Source: Octopus bimaculoides (Eukaryota). From it: 33,967 bases of DNA. A program made the translations under genes and the position numbers. The stretch covers positions 29,693,286 through 29,727,252 of the forward strand of contig NC_068993.1 of the NCBI RefSeq assembly GCF_001194135.2, written 5' to 3'. Positions 11,687 to 21,560 of this stretch are shown piece by piece. Position 1 is the stretch's first letter. Every line of letters starts with the position of its first letter. The notes under the pieces are model-generated. The model worked only from the letters and a program-made list of their open reading frames with translations. It made no database searches and had not been told where the DNA came from.

Positions 11687-12016
11687 TATTTACATAATTT
11701 ACATTTGACGGATATCTGTCCTCATCTTGTTTGTTGTTAACACAACATTTCAGCTGATATACCCTCCAGCCTTCGTCAGGTGTCTTGGGGAAATTTCGAA
11801 CCTGGGTTCTCATTCCTAACGATGTTACTATTATTATATTATTATTATTATTATTATTAATCAGGTCGCTGCCTTGAATCGAACTCAGAATCTTGGGGTC
11901 AGTAGAACGTGCTCTTAACCACTATGCCATATGCGCTCTTAACCACTACGCCATATGGGCAAATGTAAATAATGTAAATAATGTAAATAATTCCTCATCT
12001 CTTAAATATAGAACTG
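11687..12016 (-). mobile_element. 330-bp composite non-autonomous element: tRNA-like Pol III head + (AAT)n + minimal hammerhead; 13-bp TSD
   Basis: TSD tagaattccatat at 11674-11686 and 12017-12029; box A at 11953-11943 (duplicated at 11929-11919), box B GTTCGATTC at 11884-11876; (AAT)n ~11829-11859; hammerhead 11784-11739. Confidence 0.8.
11739..11784 (-). ncRNA. Minimal type I hammerhead ribozyme (PLE-type, decayed)
   Basis: GACAC-CUGACGA-A-GGCUG gaggguauau CAGCU-GAAAU GUU-GUGUU; stem I GACAC/GUGUU; loopless stem III derived from palindromic AACGUU with C-to-T changes at CpG-type positions. Confidence 0.65.
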
Positions 12017-12289
12017 TAGAATTCCATATGTCGAACCGTCCATAAAAACAGTAAAATTTGTATACAAAGCGTTTTAAAATAAATACAAATAGAATAGAAT
12101 GAAGTAAAACAAGGAAAAAGAAAAAAACTATGCATATAACAGTCGAAGGTTTTCTTAAAATGACGTAGGGGTCTATACAAAATTCTTACAACGCTAAATA
12201 AATCATTTATAATGCAGTACCAATCCAATAGTAAGATTGCACAATGGTTACAAGGAGTCAAACATCAAAAATATATATATCCTACCCAT

Positions 12290-12358
12290 ACGGTATGTTA
12301 CTTGCCGACATTTTAAATTTGGATGCATGTCTACATGAATTTAAAAGTTTGCGTCTTT
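12290..12358 (-). mobile_element. C-terminal end of a PLE ORF (remnant); flanking 11520-12290 likely its 3' UTR
   Basis: Reads (frameshifted) KLL/NSCRHASKFKMS, resembling the PLE terminal motif NKRSEL..CRH..KF.L. Confidence 0.5.
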
Positions 12359-12399
12359 TATATATATATATATATATTTGAATTAACCTTCACCACCAC

Positions 12400-13071
12400 C
12401 ACTTGAATTTGCACAACCTGAAAATAACAGGTGAAGCTGCCAGTGCTGATATAAACGCTGCCACTAATTATTCTGAGCAGCCAAAGAAAATGAATGCTGA
12501 AGTGGGGCAATGCACTTTTCAGGGAGCTCATACTTGCTAGAATTTTTTAAGTTTCTAAAAATCATCAGATGCTTTTTATGGGTGGAAATATTGCTGGTGA
12601 TATGAAATTAAAGCCCCTAATTGTGTATATCTATGAAAATCAAAGGACCTTCAAGTGTTATGCAAAATTTAATCTGCCTCTGATTGGGTATTCAAATAAG
12701 AAGATATGGGTGACAAAGGTCCTTATTGAAGAGTGGCTTACAAACATTTTTTGTCCTGTTGTATAAAAGTACAATGACAGGCACAATATTTCTGACAAGC
12801 CATAGCTTCTTTTAGACAATGCACTGTCATTCAGAGAACTTAAATGAAATTTCTGATAATGAAAGAGTAGAATGAATATACTCCCATGAACATACTTTCT
12901 TTGTTCCGGCCAATAGATTGAGGTGATACAGCTAACTTTAAGGTAAATTATCTGCGAACTTTTAAACCACGTATGGAAGCAGTCGACAGGTTTGCAATTA
13001 GTTCAACTGTAGATAACATAAGTGAGTCAGAAGGATGAGATGAAACCCTCCAATTTCACTGGTGCTTGGAA
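12400..13071 (+). pseudogene. Tigger/pogo-family DDE transposase relic, 5' part
   Basis: LHNLKITGEAASAD; GGNIAGDMKLKPLIVY.YENQRTFK...LP...SNKKIWVT...EEWL..IFCP; LLLDNA-like segment; NFTGAWK just before the RTE insertion. Confidence 0.88.
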
Positions 13072-14583
13072 AATATAAAGCCTTTGACAGGATCCCTCAA
13101 TCCCTTATCTGGTGGTCAATGAGGAAACTAGAGATAGATGAATGGTTAGTGAGAGCTGTGCAAGCCATGTACAGAGACGCTGTCAGTAAGGTGAGGGTTG
13201 GCAATGAGTACAGTGAAGAATTCCGGGTGGAGGTAGGGGTCCACCAAGGTTCTGTCCTCGGTCCCCTCCTATTTATCATAGTCCTCCAGGCTATAACAGA
13301 GGAATTCAAGACGAAATACCCCTAATAAGTAGGAAGGCAGACAAAACACATATCCCTTCGGGTAGATGGCCCTGCTCGAACTGTAGAAAAGACGTGGGTA
13401 GTAACTCTATAAGATGTACCCAGTCCAAGCTATGGACACATAAGAGGTGCAGCAATGTCAGAGGAAGGCTAACTGGGAAGATAGTTTTTGTATGTGGCAG
13501 ATGCTCAGGAGCAATAAACACTGAAAATGTGCTGAGAACAACTTCTGTCACATTCCAGGGAGAAAAGATTGAAGTAGTTGATAGCTTCCATTACCAAGTC
13601 AGTAGTGGGGGAGGGTACGCTGAAAGTGTAGTGGCTAGAATAAGAATAGCTTGGGCAAAGTTCAGAGAGCTCTTACCTCTGCTGGTGACATAAGGTCTCT
13701 CACTCAGAGTAAAAGGCAGACTGTATGATGCATGTGTATGAACAGCCATGCTACATGACAGTGAAACATGGGCTATAACTGCTGAGGACATGTGTAAGCT
13801 CACAAAGAATGAAGCCAGTATGCTCTGATAGATGTGTAATGTTAGTGTACATACTCAACAGAGTGTAAGTACCTTGAAAGAAAAGTTGGACCTAAGAAGC
13901 ATCAGATGTGCTGTGTAAGAGAGACGACTGCGCTGGTATGGTCATGTGGTGAGAATGGATGAGGATAGCTGTGTGAGAAAGTGCCACACCCTAGTGGTTG
14001 AGGGAACCTGTGGAAGAGGTAGACCCAGGAAGACCTGAGATAAGGTGGTGAAACATGACCTTCAAACATTNNNNNNNNNNNNNNNNNNNNNNNNNNNNNN
14101 NNNNNNNNNNNNNNNNNNNNNNNNNNNNNNNNNNNNNNNNNNNNNNNNNNNNNNNNNNNNNNNNNNNNNNNNNNNNNNNNNNNNNNNNNNNNNNNNNNNN
14201 NNNNNNNNNNNNNNNNNNNNNNNNNNNNNNNNNNNNNNNNNNNNNNNNNNNNNNNNNNNNNNNNNNNNNTGTGCCGGTGGCATGTGAAAAAACATTTGAG
14301 CGAGATCGTTGCCAGTGCCGCTGGACTGGCTCCTGTGCTGGTGGTATGTAAAAAAACACCATTTGAGCGTGGCCATTGCCAGTACCGCCTGACTGGCCCT
14401 CGTGCTGGTGGCACGTAAAAGCACCCACTACACTCGCGGAGTGGTTGGCGTTAGGAAGGGCATCCAGGTGTAGAAACTCTGCCAGATCAGATTGGAGCCT
14501 GGTGCAGCCATCTGGTTTGCCAGTCCTCAGTCAAATCGTCTGACCCATGCTAGCATGGAAAGCGGACGTTAAACGATGATGAT
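13072..14583 (+). mobile_element. 5'-truncated RTE LINE (RT, internal deletion, PHD-like finger, C-terminus, 3' UTR, (GAT)n tail) inserted in Tigger
   Basis: KAFDRIPQSLIWWSMRKL...GVHQGSVLGPLLF; deletion junction near 13310-13325 removes YADD; RLRWYGHVVRM; tail ccatgctagcatggaaagcggacgttaaacgatgatgat. Confidence 0.93.
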
Positions 14584-14589
14584 ATATAT

Positions 14590-14930
14590 CTGGGACAAGT
14601 TTTTCCATGAGTAGAAAATCTACATTGAATTCGAAAAGATTTGCAAACAATGTAGCGCTTGAGTTGCTAGTGTTCCACAGAGAAAATCTATTTTATGAGG
14701 AGCTGATGCTGTTGGAACAAGAGCAAACTGAAAACACAGAAAAGAATATGGAAATTCCATCAATTTCACTTGAACAATCTGCAAAGAATATTGCTAAAGA
14801 TTTGGCACTTATAGAGAAAGATCTATAAGATTTTGCTTAAATAACCCTAGTCATGGATATACTATAAAAATTACAAAAGAAGTTTACAGTGAGTTCATCT
14901 CCCACACTGATCTATACAAAGTAAGTTCTT
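14590..14930 (+). pseudogene. Probable 3' continuation of the Tigger transposase
   Basis: Acidic helical ORF ELLVFHRENLFYEELMLLEQE... resembles the Tigger C-terminus (ELL.SH.EEL..EEL..LE) and resumes right after the RTE tail. Confidence 0.5.
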
Positions 14931-15084
14931 CCTCCATGAGCAGATATTTATTTCTTTATTGCCCACAGAGGGCTAAACATAGAGGGGACAAACAAGGACA
15001 GACAAAGGGATTTCATGCATAAAAGTGGTCATATTTTTGTTTTTTTGTTGCATTAATGGAAAAATTTTGTTAGTGGATTTCACA

Positions 15085-15185
15085 TTAGGTGCACGCATGG
15101 CTGTGAGGTAAGAAGTTTGCTTCATGACTACAAATGCTTTGTATTATAGCCCCTGGTTGTAAAAGCCTTGTGAGTGGATTTGATA
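15085..15185 (+). mobile_element. Internally deleted tRNA-SINE remnant
   Basis: gcatggctgtgaggtaagaagtttgcttc...tattatagcc...aaagccttgtgagtggattt resembles an abundant octopod SINE head (from memory); degenerate box A. Confidence 0.5.
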
Positions 15186-15194
15186 TATATATTG

Positions 15195-15780
15195 CAAAGT
15201 TTTGGTTACTTGAAATATGCTTGTGACATATTTCATATGCTAAAAGGCAAATTCACTGCAGTTATTGTAGAGAAAATATTTCTCTTATGGTAAAAAAAAG
15301 AAGTGTGAAAACACCCTATTAGTTCAGTGTCGCCAACTGTCAAGATTTGCAGACATTAATGTTTTGAGCTAGTTGGCTTTTATCAATGGGAAGTACCTAA
15401 GAGAGGCAACTCTGTTTAAATCTTATAAAACAATAGCTTTATGTAAAATACAGTCAACAACATTGACTGATTTGCACTGATGGATCTCCCAATCATGGAA
15501 AATAACAAAATATTAGTACCAAGTAGTTTAGGCATAAGCAAAGTTTAGGTTAGTTAAAATCTGTTTGTGACCTATATCAAAGCCAACTAGCTTGAAACTT
15601 CGATGTCTGGGAATCCTGATAGATGGCAACACTAAACAAATATGGTGTTTTCACATCTTTTTACCATAAGAGAAATATTTTGTCTACAGTAACTGCAGTG
15701 ACTTTACCTTTTAGCAGCTGAAATATGCCTTTAGAAGTTGAAATATGTTACAAACATATTTGAACTAACCTAAAGTTCAT
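15195..15780. mobile_element. MITE-like element with ~190-bp imperfect terminal inverted repeats
   Basis: 15195-15385 matches the reverse complement of 15575-15780 (e.g. ctaaaaggcaaattcactgcagttattgtagagaaaatatttctcttatggtaaaaa vs ctaaaaggtaaagtcactgcagttactgtagacaaaatatttctcttatggtaaaaa); TA-rich flanks; no ORF. Confidence 0.8.
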
Positions 15781-16044
15781 ATACACACACACACATATGA
15801 ATATGTCTGTGTTTGTCAGTCACACACACACACACCATGCTTGACAACTGGTGTAGATTTGTTGACATCATTGTAAGTTAGCGGTTCAGCATAAAAGATA
15901 AAAAATTATGGCAAGACTTCTATAACACAAGGGATTCCTGAAGCTAAATTCCCTTAACTGGTCATTGTTCTTTAGCCCTCGGTCAAGTGTATGAAATAGC
16001 TTAAGTGATACTCCTGTAAAAAATGTGCGAAACGCTTTAAGTAC

Positions 16045-16130
16045 TGGTTTACTATGCATGCGCACTCAAGGGGCTTCCGGGAAGGCAAGTCCCTTGCGCA
16101 TGCGTAGATTGCACTTCCTTAATGGCGACC
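16045..16130. promoter_or_regulatory. Candidate TATA-less housekeeping-type promoter (NRF-1 x2, ETS x2, YY1)
   Basis: TGCATGCGCA 16055-16064, CTTCCGG 16074-16080, TGCGCATGCG 16095-16104, CACTTCCT 16112-16119, AATGGCG 16121-16127; local CpG cluster in an otherwise CpG-poor region. Confidence 0.55.
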
Positions 16131-16914
16131 ATAATTTCACGCCACTACACTCCATATGCCAGAAAGTGTAGCTAAATCCTCCAACTGATCATTATTATTT
16201 AGTCTTAGATCAAATATATGAGATTGATTATGTAATTGCACCACATACTGTAAATAACAGCCTAATCTCTGTGTTGATCTTTGTCTTTAGCCTTAGGCTA
16301 AAAGTATGAATTGGTTTAGGTCAGTATTTTCCAGTAGAATTCATACCATCTCTCAGAACAATGACATTTGGAGTTACTAGGTATGAAGAGAGGAAGGGCA
16401 GAGAGCAAAATTTTATAAGGGAACCTTTAGTGGCTCATAGTAGGTAGTGAAGAAATTTGAATATCCTCATCAGCAAAGAAAACTAACTGTATTGCCAAAT
16501 TTTATATTTCAATTCAGATTTGTTTGTTTTTAAAATGAGTTATTAATATCAAAATGCATTCTATGCATTAAGACCTGGAGATCTATGGCATAGACCTGCT
16601 TTCTTGGGATGGCAGAGTGAATTTTTTAATGAAATGATATCTTGGCGTGCTAACATAGGAAGATCTGTTCACCCTGGTGTGAAGTTTTTCTGGATGTCTT
16701 TTATTGCAATTAGCAACTATTATTATTCAGTTAAATAGCTATGTCTCATAATGAATTGTTGTCCATTATTGGGTACATACGAGCAGCAACTCCACATTCA
16801 TTATCATTTGACAGATCATTCAGAGGACCTAACCCTAAACTTTTTTGACATGTCTTTGTTTCCTAAGACTTCAGACATCTCACTGCCATTGTACATAAAA
16901 GTAAATAAACTTAC

Positions 16915-16986
16915 TTCTCAGAAGAATGGATGGTTCTCTCAGTCACTGGTCTGTGTATCATCACATGACTCGATTTGACGAATTTT
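16915..16986 (-). CDS. Candidate host exon C (72 nt, phase 2-2), product unknown
   Basis: Acceptor gattttttAG, donor GTAAGT; only open frame KFVKSSHVMIHRPVTERTIHSSE is phase-compatible with exon B. Confidence 0.3.
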
Positions 16987-17059
16987 CTAAAAAATCTAAC
17001 TGTGTAATCAAGCACTTTAAAACCATAAAACTTTCTGAGATGATAGAGGAGATGGTGAG

Positions 17060-17990
17060 GTTACAGAAGATTTTATTGATACTAACCTAACTAAAACTGA
17101 CTTTATAGATATTTCCTTAGATCTCAAAACTAATTCATGTAAGCCCTTCCCCAAAACTAACAAGAACCTAAAATATAAACACTTGTGTTACCCACCTATT
17201 GTATTTAAACTAAAGAAATATTCAAAAAGGCTGCCCTACATTATAAGGTCCTACAGGATAGCAGCTTTACTGATAAAATCTTCTACAATCCCCTACCTCC
17301 TATTGTCTAGTTATAAGAATAGGCCTTAGAAAATTTTATGGTTCAACCCTCCACACTTTTCTCCCTTAATGTCAGGACAAATGTAGGTAGAAGATTCTTG
17401 CAATTAGTAGATATCCACTTCCTCAGAACCCAGAGATACAATAAAATCTTTAACATACACTAAAAGTTACCTTTTCTTGTCCTCCAAATGTTAAGTCATA
17501 TATCAAAAAGCAGCAGGTGACTCAAGCCTGCTCCAGATGCACATGTAGAGACAAATCTAAATGTCCTCTAGAACAAGAGTGTGATATATCTCCCATTGTT
17601 TATGAAGCACAGGTTTCAGCAAACTATGACAATGGTCATAGAAATATCGAACTTTATATTGAAGTTGTGGAAGGAAAATTTAGATCTAGATATGACAACC
17701 ATCTTTCAAATTTTAGGTGCCATGATAAGAGACATGCAACAATTCTTTCAGCTTTAATCTGGAAACTTAAAGGACAAAGGGAGCAGTTTCGACATCAAAA
17801 GGAAAATCTCCTCCAAATCCAGACCCTATATTAAGGTCTAAAAAATGTCAGTGTGTTCTCTTGAAAAACTGCATCTATAACTCAAGAACCTCCAATGGCT
17901 ACAAATTTGAGGAATGAAATTTCTCTTGTATATTCACATTTCAAGAAATACATGTTGTCGGAATTTAAAAGTAAACCACCAGACACTTTT
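17060..17990 (+). mobile_element. Decayed Penelope-like element (RT C-terminus plus GIY-YIG endonuclease)
   Basis: TNLTKTDFIDISLDLKT (RT); CTCRDKSKCPLEQEC...IVYEAQV...LYIEVVEGKFRSRYDNHLSNF...TILSALIWKLK (PLE Cys motif plus GIY-YIG); TNLRNEIS C-terminal motif. Confidence 0.88.
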
Positions 17991-17999
17991 CCTATCTTT

Positions 18000-18912
18000 A
18001 AAAAAGTGGACATAATGATTCAGTCAAAATATATTTTTCAAACATTTCAAAATGATTTTTGAAATGGAAAATGAAAAGATTATTTCACATATTCACAAGG
18101 TGTAAATTATAAATAGGGCTGTCTTGACATCTGGTTTACAACTGCTTGACATCAAATTAGTATAACGTTGGTTATCTCCCTTGTGTTTTTCTTCTTTACA
18201 TGCGTTTCTTATTTAAATATTATCTGCTCAAAAGACAACTGACAAAGGGTTTAGTTTTCAGTTTGATAAATGGTAGGATAAATTATTTTGACCAGGAAAC
18301 CCTAGGTATCTGTATTTACAAGATTTGTATTTTAAGATTACTTTTACTCTCTTACCTGATCAAGTGCTTTTCTACTTGTTGAAGCAAATAATTTTGTAGT
18401 AACAAAGTTGGATAGAGGACAGATGAGTGACTTGAAACTCTTCAGAAAGAAAGAGAAAAAAAAGGAAAGAAAATGTTTTTTTTTAATTTTATCAGCTTAA
18501 TGTACACTCTCGAAAACTTGTATTTCTGTAAAATTTCATAAAAAAATGAGCAAACAAAATTGATGGGGTGGACACCAGACTGTAGTTTTGAAGCAATATA
18601 TAACCAACTGCAACTTCTTTGTTTATTGACATTTTTTGATCTTTCAATGTTCAAGAATACAATTCTGTGAAAGAATTTTGGTATTTCATTTTTTTATCCC
18701 TTTACCCCTCTTTCATTAAAAAATTTTTCTGAATTATTTTTTATATTTAAAAAAAGTGAACATAATTGATTCAGTCAAAATATATTTTTCAAACATTTCA
18801 AAATAGTTTGCAAAATGGAAAATGAAAAGATTACTTCACACATTCACAAGGTGTAAGACAACCAACATCTTACACACTGTGAAAGTGTGTAAATTATAAA
18901 TAGGGTTGTCTT
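18000..18912. repeat. ~130-bp direct repeat pair (18000-18128 and 18750-18912)
   Basis: aaaaagtg.acataat.gattcagtcaaaatatatttttcaaacatttcaaaat...gaaaatgaaaagatta.ttcaca.attcacaaggtgtaa...ttataaataggg.tgtctt in both; second copy has an extra ~35 nt. Confidence 0.9.
18356..18439 (-). CDS. Candidate host exon B (84 nt, phase 2-2), product unknown
   Basis: Long polypyrimidine tract (18445-18490 on minus) then AAG acceptor; donor CAG|GTAAGA; frame VSSHSSVLYPTLLLQNYLLQQVEKHLI is open. Confidence 0.4.
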
Positions 18913-19475
18913 AATAGCATTATAGCCCCCTCCAGACAAAGCAAATCATGGGAGCCTCTACATACGCAACCTCAGAATACATAGATTAGCATTGGTTCCA
19001 CATATTGTGGTACCCCTAGGAAACTGAGTGATGTGCTCATGTCCAAAGACAGCACTAATTATGGAAGCTTCTGTTATTTTGTATATGTTCATAAGTAAAG
19101 TGTATTTACTATACGAAAACCACACAAATATAATGATATTATTTCTTGATCTCTGCCCAATAACACAAGCAACATGTCTATATTAACATCTTTGAGAGAG
19201 TAAGTTTCTCTTTTTTTCTCAATAATTTCTACTCTTTCCTTCAATAATTTGTATGTAAAATAAAATGTAATGCCATCACGTTTGCACACATACAATTTTT
19301 ATACACACATGCACACACAAATTGAAAGCTGTCATGATTTACCTCACTAGCAGAAAGACTGCCTCCAGGTGGTTTTCTGCTTGTCACTTGATAATATTTT
19401 CACATTTGATTCCCAATTCTAATAATTTTTATATCTTACGTCTAATTATTTCTTAGTATAATAGTGCTCACTTAC

Positions 19476-19556
19476 TTAGTAAATATTGCTTTCATTATTT
19501 TATCACAGTCATAATCTCTCTTTTTTAAACGAACATCACAGTAGCCCAACAACAGA
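19476..19556 (-). CDS. Candidate host exon A (81 nt, phase 2-2), product unknown
   Basis: Acceptor cttctcccAG, donor GTAAGT; frame LLLGYCDVRLKKRDYDCDKIMKAIFT is open; the true acceptor is ambiguous (alternative at ~19627). Confidence 0.3.
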
Positions 19557-20603
19557 CTGGGAGAAGCAGTTTGTCAAGTTTTATCTTCCCCTCAAAGCAC
19601 CACAAAGATTTCAATTCAGCAGCCCATCTGTAAGCTTTGCAGTGGGTGTGTGAGAGGTGGAGAGAGAACATTGCAAACAATGAATGAAATAAACATGAAA
19701 TGAAAAAATCATATAAATAAAAGGGCATCACTGCAGATGTATATGCTGCCGGTTGCCTCATAACATCCAGAAAAATGGATACGTTTTAACAGAGTTTTCT
19801 ACAAATACCACTTAGATGTTGTGGCTCCAGAGTATATAGGGATTTATGGGAAAGAATCTTTCCAAGTGGGGTGAAGAGAGGAGTTTTGGAAAATTCACAT
19901 GATCCGACTTTTTTCCTTCATAACTTTCAGGAAAATGGGTATCTTTTAATGAAAGTTTATACAAATCCNNNNNNNNNNNNNNNNNNNNNNNNNNNNNNNN
20001 NNNNNNNNNNNNNNNNNNNNNNNNNNNNNNNNNNNNNNNNNNNNNNNNNNNNNNNNNNNNNNNNNNNNNNNNNNNNNNNNNNNNNNNNNNNNNNNNNNNN
20101 NNNNNNNNNNNNNNNNNNNNNNNNNNNNNNNNNNNNNNNNNNNNNNNNNNNNNNNNNNNNNNNNNNNNNNNNNNNNNNNNNNNNNNNNNNNNNNNNNNNN
20201 NNNNNNNNNNNNNNNNNNNNNNNNNNNNNNNNNNNNNNNNNNNNNNNNNNNNNNNNNNNNNNNNNNNNNNNNNNNNNNNNNNNNNNNNNNNNNNNNNNNN
20301 NNNNNNNNNNNNNNNNNNNNNNNNNNNNNNNNNNNNNNNNNNNNNNNNNNNNNNNNNNNNNNNNNNNNNNNNNNNNNNNNNNNNNNNNNNNNNNNNNNNN
20401 NNNNNNNNNNNNNNNNNNNNNNNNNNNNNNNNNNNNNNNNNNNNNNNNNNNNNNNNNNNNNNNNNNNNNNNNNNNNNNNNNNNNNNNNNNNNNNNNNNNN
20501 NNNNNNNNNNNNNNNNNNNNNNNNNNNNNNNNNNNNNNNNNNNNNNNNNNNNNNNNNNNNNNNNNNNNNNNNNNNNNNNNNNNNNNNNNNNNNNNNNNNN
20601 NNN

Positions 20604-21560
20604 AAAGGTTGTTCCTATGGTTTTTAAGTTAAAAAAGAAAATGGCCAAACTCGGTCTAAATAGTCATTATTGACTCCAAACAGTCATAACAACAAAATTT
20701 AATTTCTTTTACAAAAATTATTCCGGTATATTAAAAAAATTTTCATTCAATAAATAATGTTTTTACATTACATATGTATTAATAGAATAAACTGTCAGTT
20801 TTCCAAATAGCAAATTAAAACTTGAAATGAAAACACTGAAATGAGAGTGAGAGACTTTATAACAAATGAAAATGGAATACTCCGCAGTAAATGCAATGAA
20901 TATTTAAATTTGTGAAAAGTTGAAGTTAAAAAATTCAGTGAAGTTCATAAATCAAAATTATAGGAAATCACTTGGAACATGAATTTATAAAAAAAATTCC
21001 AGATGGTCAAGCCTTTAATAATTGCTTTTAGTAACTGTTAAATACCTAATTAATAAGCAGCTTTCTCCATTATAATATAGATGCCATGTGGATGCACAAA
21101 ATTGTGCATATTTTTTGCATTTCTGATTGTAATTTTATAAAAACAATTATTTTACCAAGCATATATAAAAAGATTGAAAAACAAAGTTCAAAGAGAGGGA
21201 AAAAATTTTTCAAAGTGAAATTTTGAACATTTTTTTCACAGAATCTTAATCTTACATGTTGAAAACATATAAATTCAAAGAAATTGTCAAAAATATCAAA
21301 AACTGAAAAAGTTACAAAGTTACAATTTTGTTGCTTATATTCCACCAATGGACCACATGTGTGTTACTTTGGCATCATCATTCCATAAAATGTATTTAAT
21401 GGAAGAAAAATATTGAAAAAGCATCAATACATGTGAGAGTGAAAACAGAGGTTGGTTTGAGTTGTGCTAGAAACAACAGTGAAACCTCCTTTGAATTGTT
21501 CACCATTTCCTCTGAAAATATTTGTTTTTTACTGAAAAGGTTGTTCCTCAACAATATAAA
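20604..21560. repeat. AT-rich dispersed repeat family (likely old non-autonomous DNA transposon), related to 30570-31790
   Basis: Shared blocks tagaaacaacag...tctgaaaatattt (21468-21512 vs 30974-31015) and cctatggtttttaagt...ggtctaaa (20613-20660 vs 31044-31097). Confidence 0.55.

Noticed and set aside
8693-11960. tRNA-like sequences at 8960-9030 and 11870-11960 as tRNA genes
   Set aside because: They have A/B boxes but no convincing cloverleaf, and they are embedded in TSD-bounded elements, so they are SINE heads.
16534-16740. Protein-looking frame QNAFYALRPGDLWHRPAFLGWQSEFFNEMISWRANIGRSVHPG downstream of the promoter cluster
   Set aside because: An in-frame TAA follows the nearest ATG and acceptor, and no family is recognised.
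19476-19761. ORF 19525-19761 (-) as a membrane protein; three in-frame TGAs after the 19627 acceptor as selenocysteine codons; an opposite-strand exon 19509-19629 (HNLSFLNEHHSSPTTDWEKQFVKFYLPLKAPQRFQFSSPS)
   Set aside because: No recognisable homology, no SECIS seen and TGA contexts are not Sec-like. The plus-strand exon has plausible splice sites but no phase-compatible partner was found; it is not excluded.
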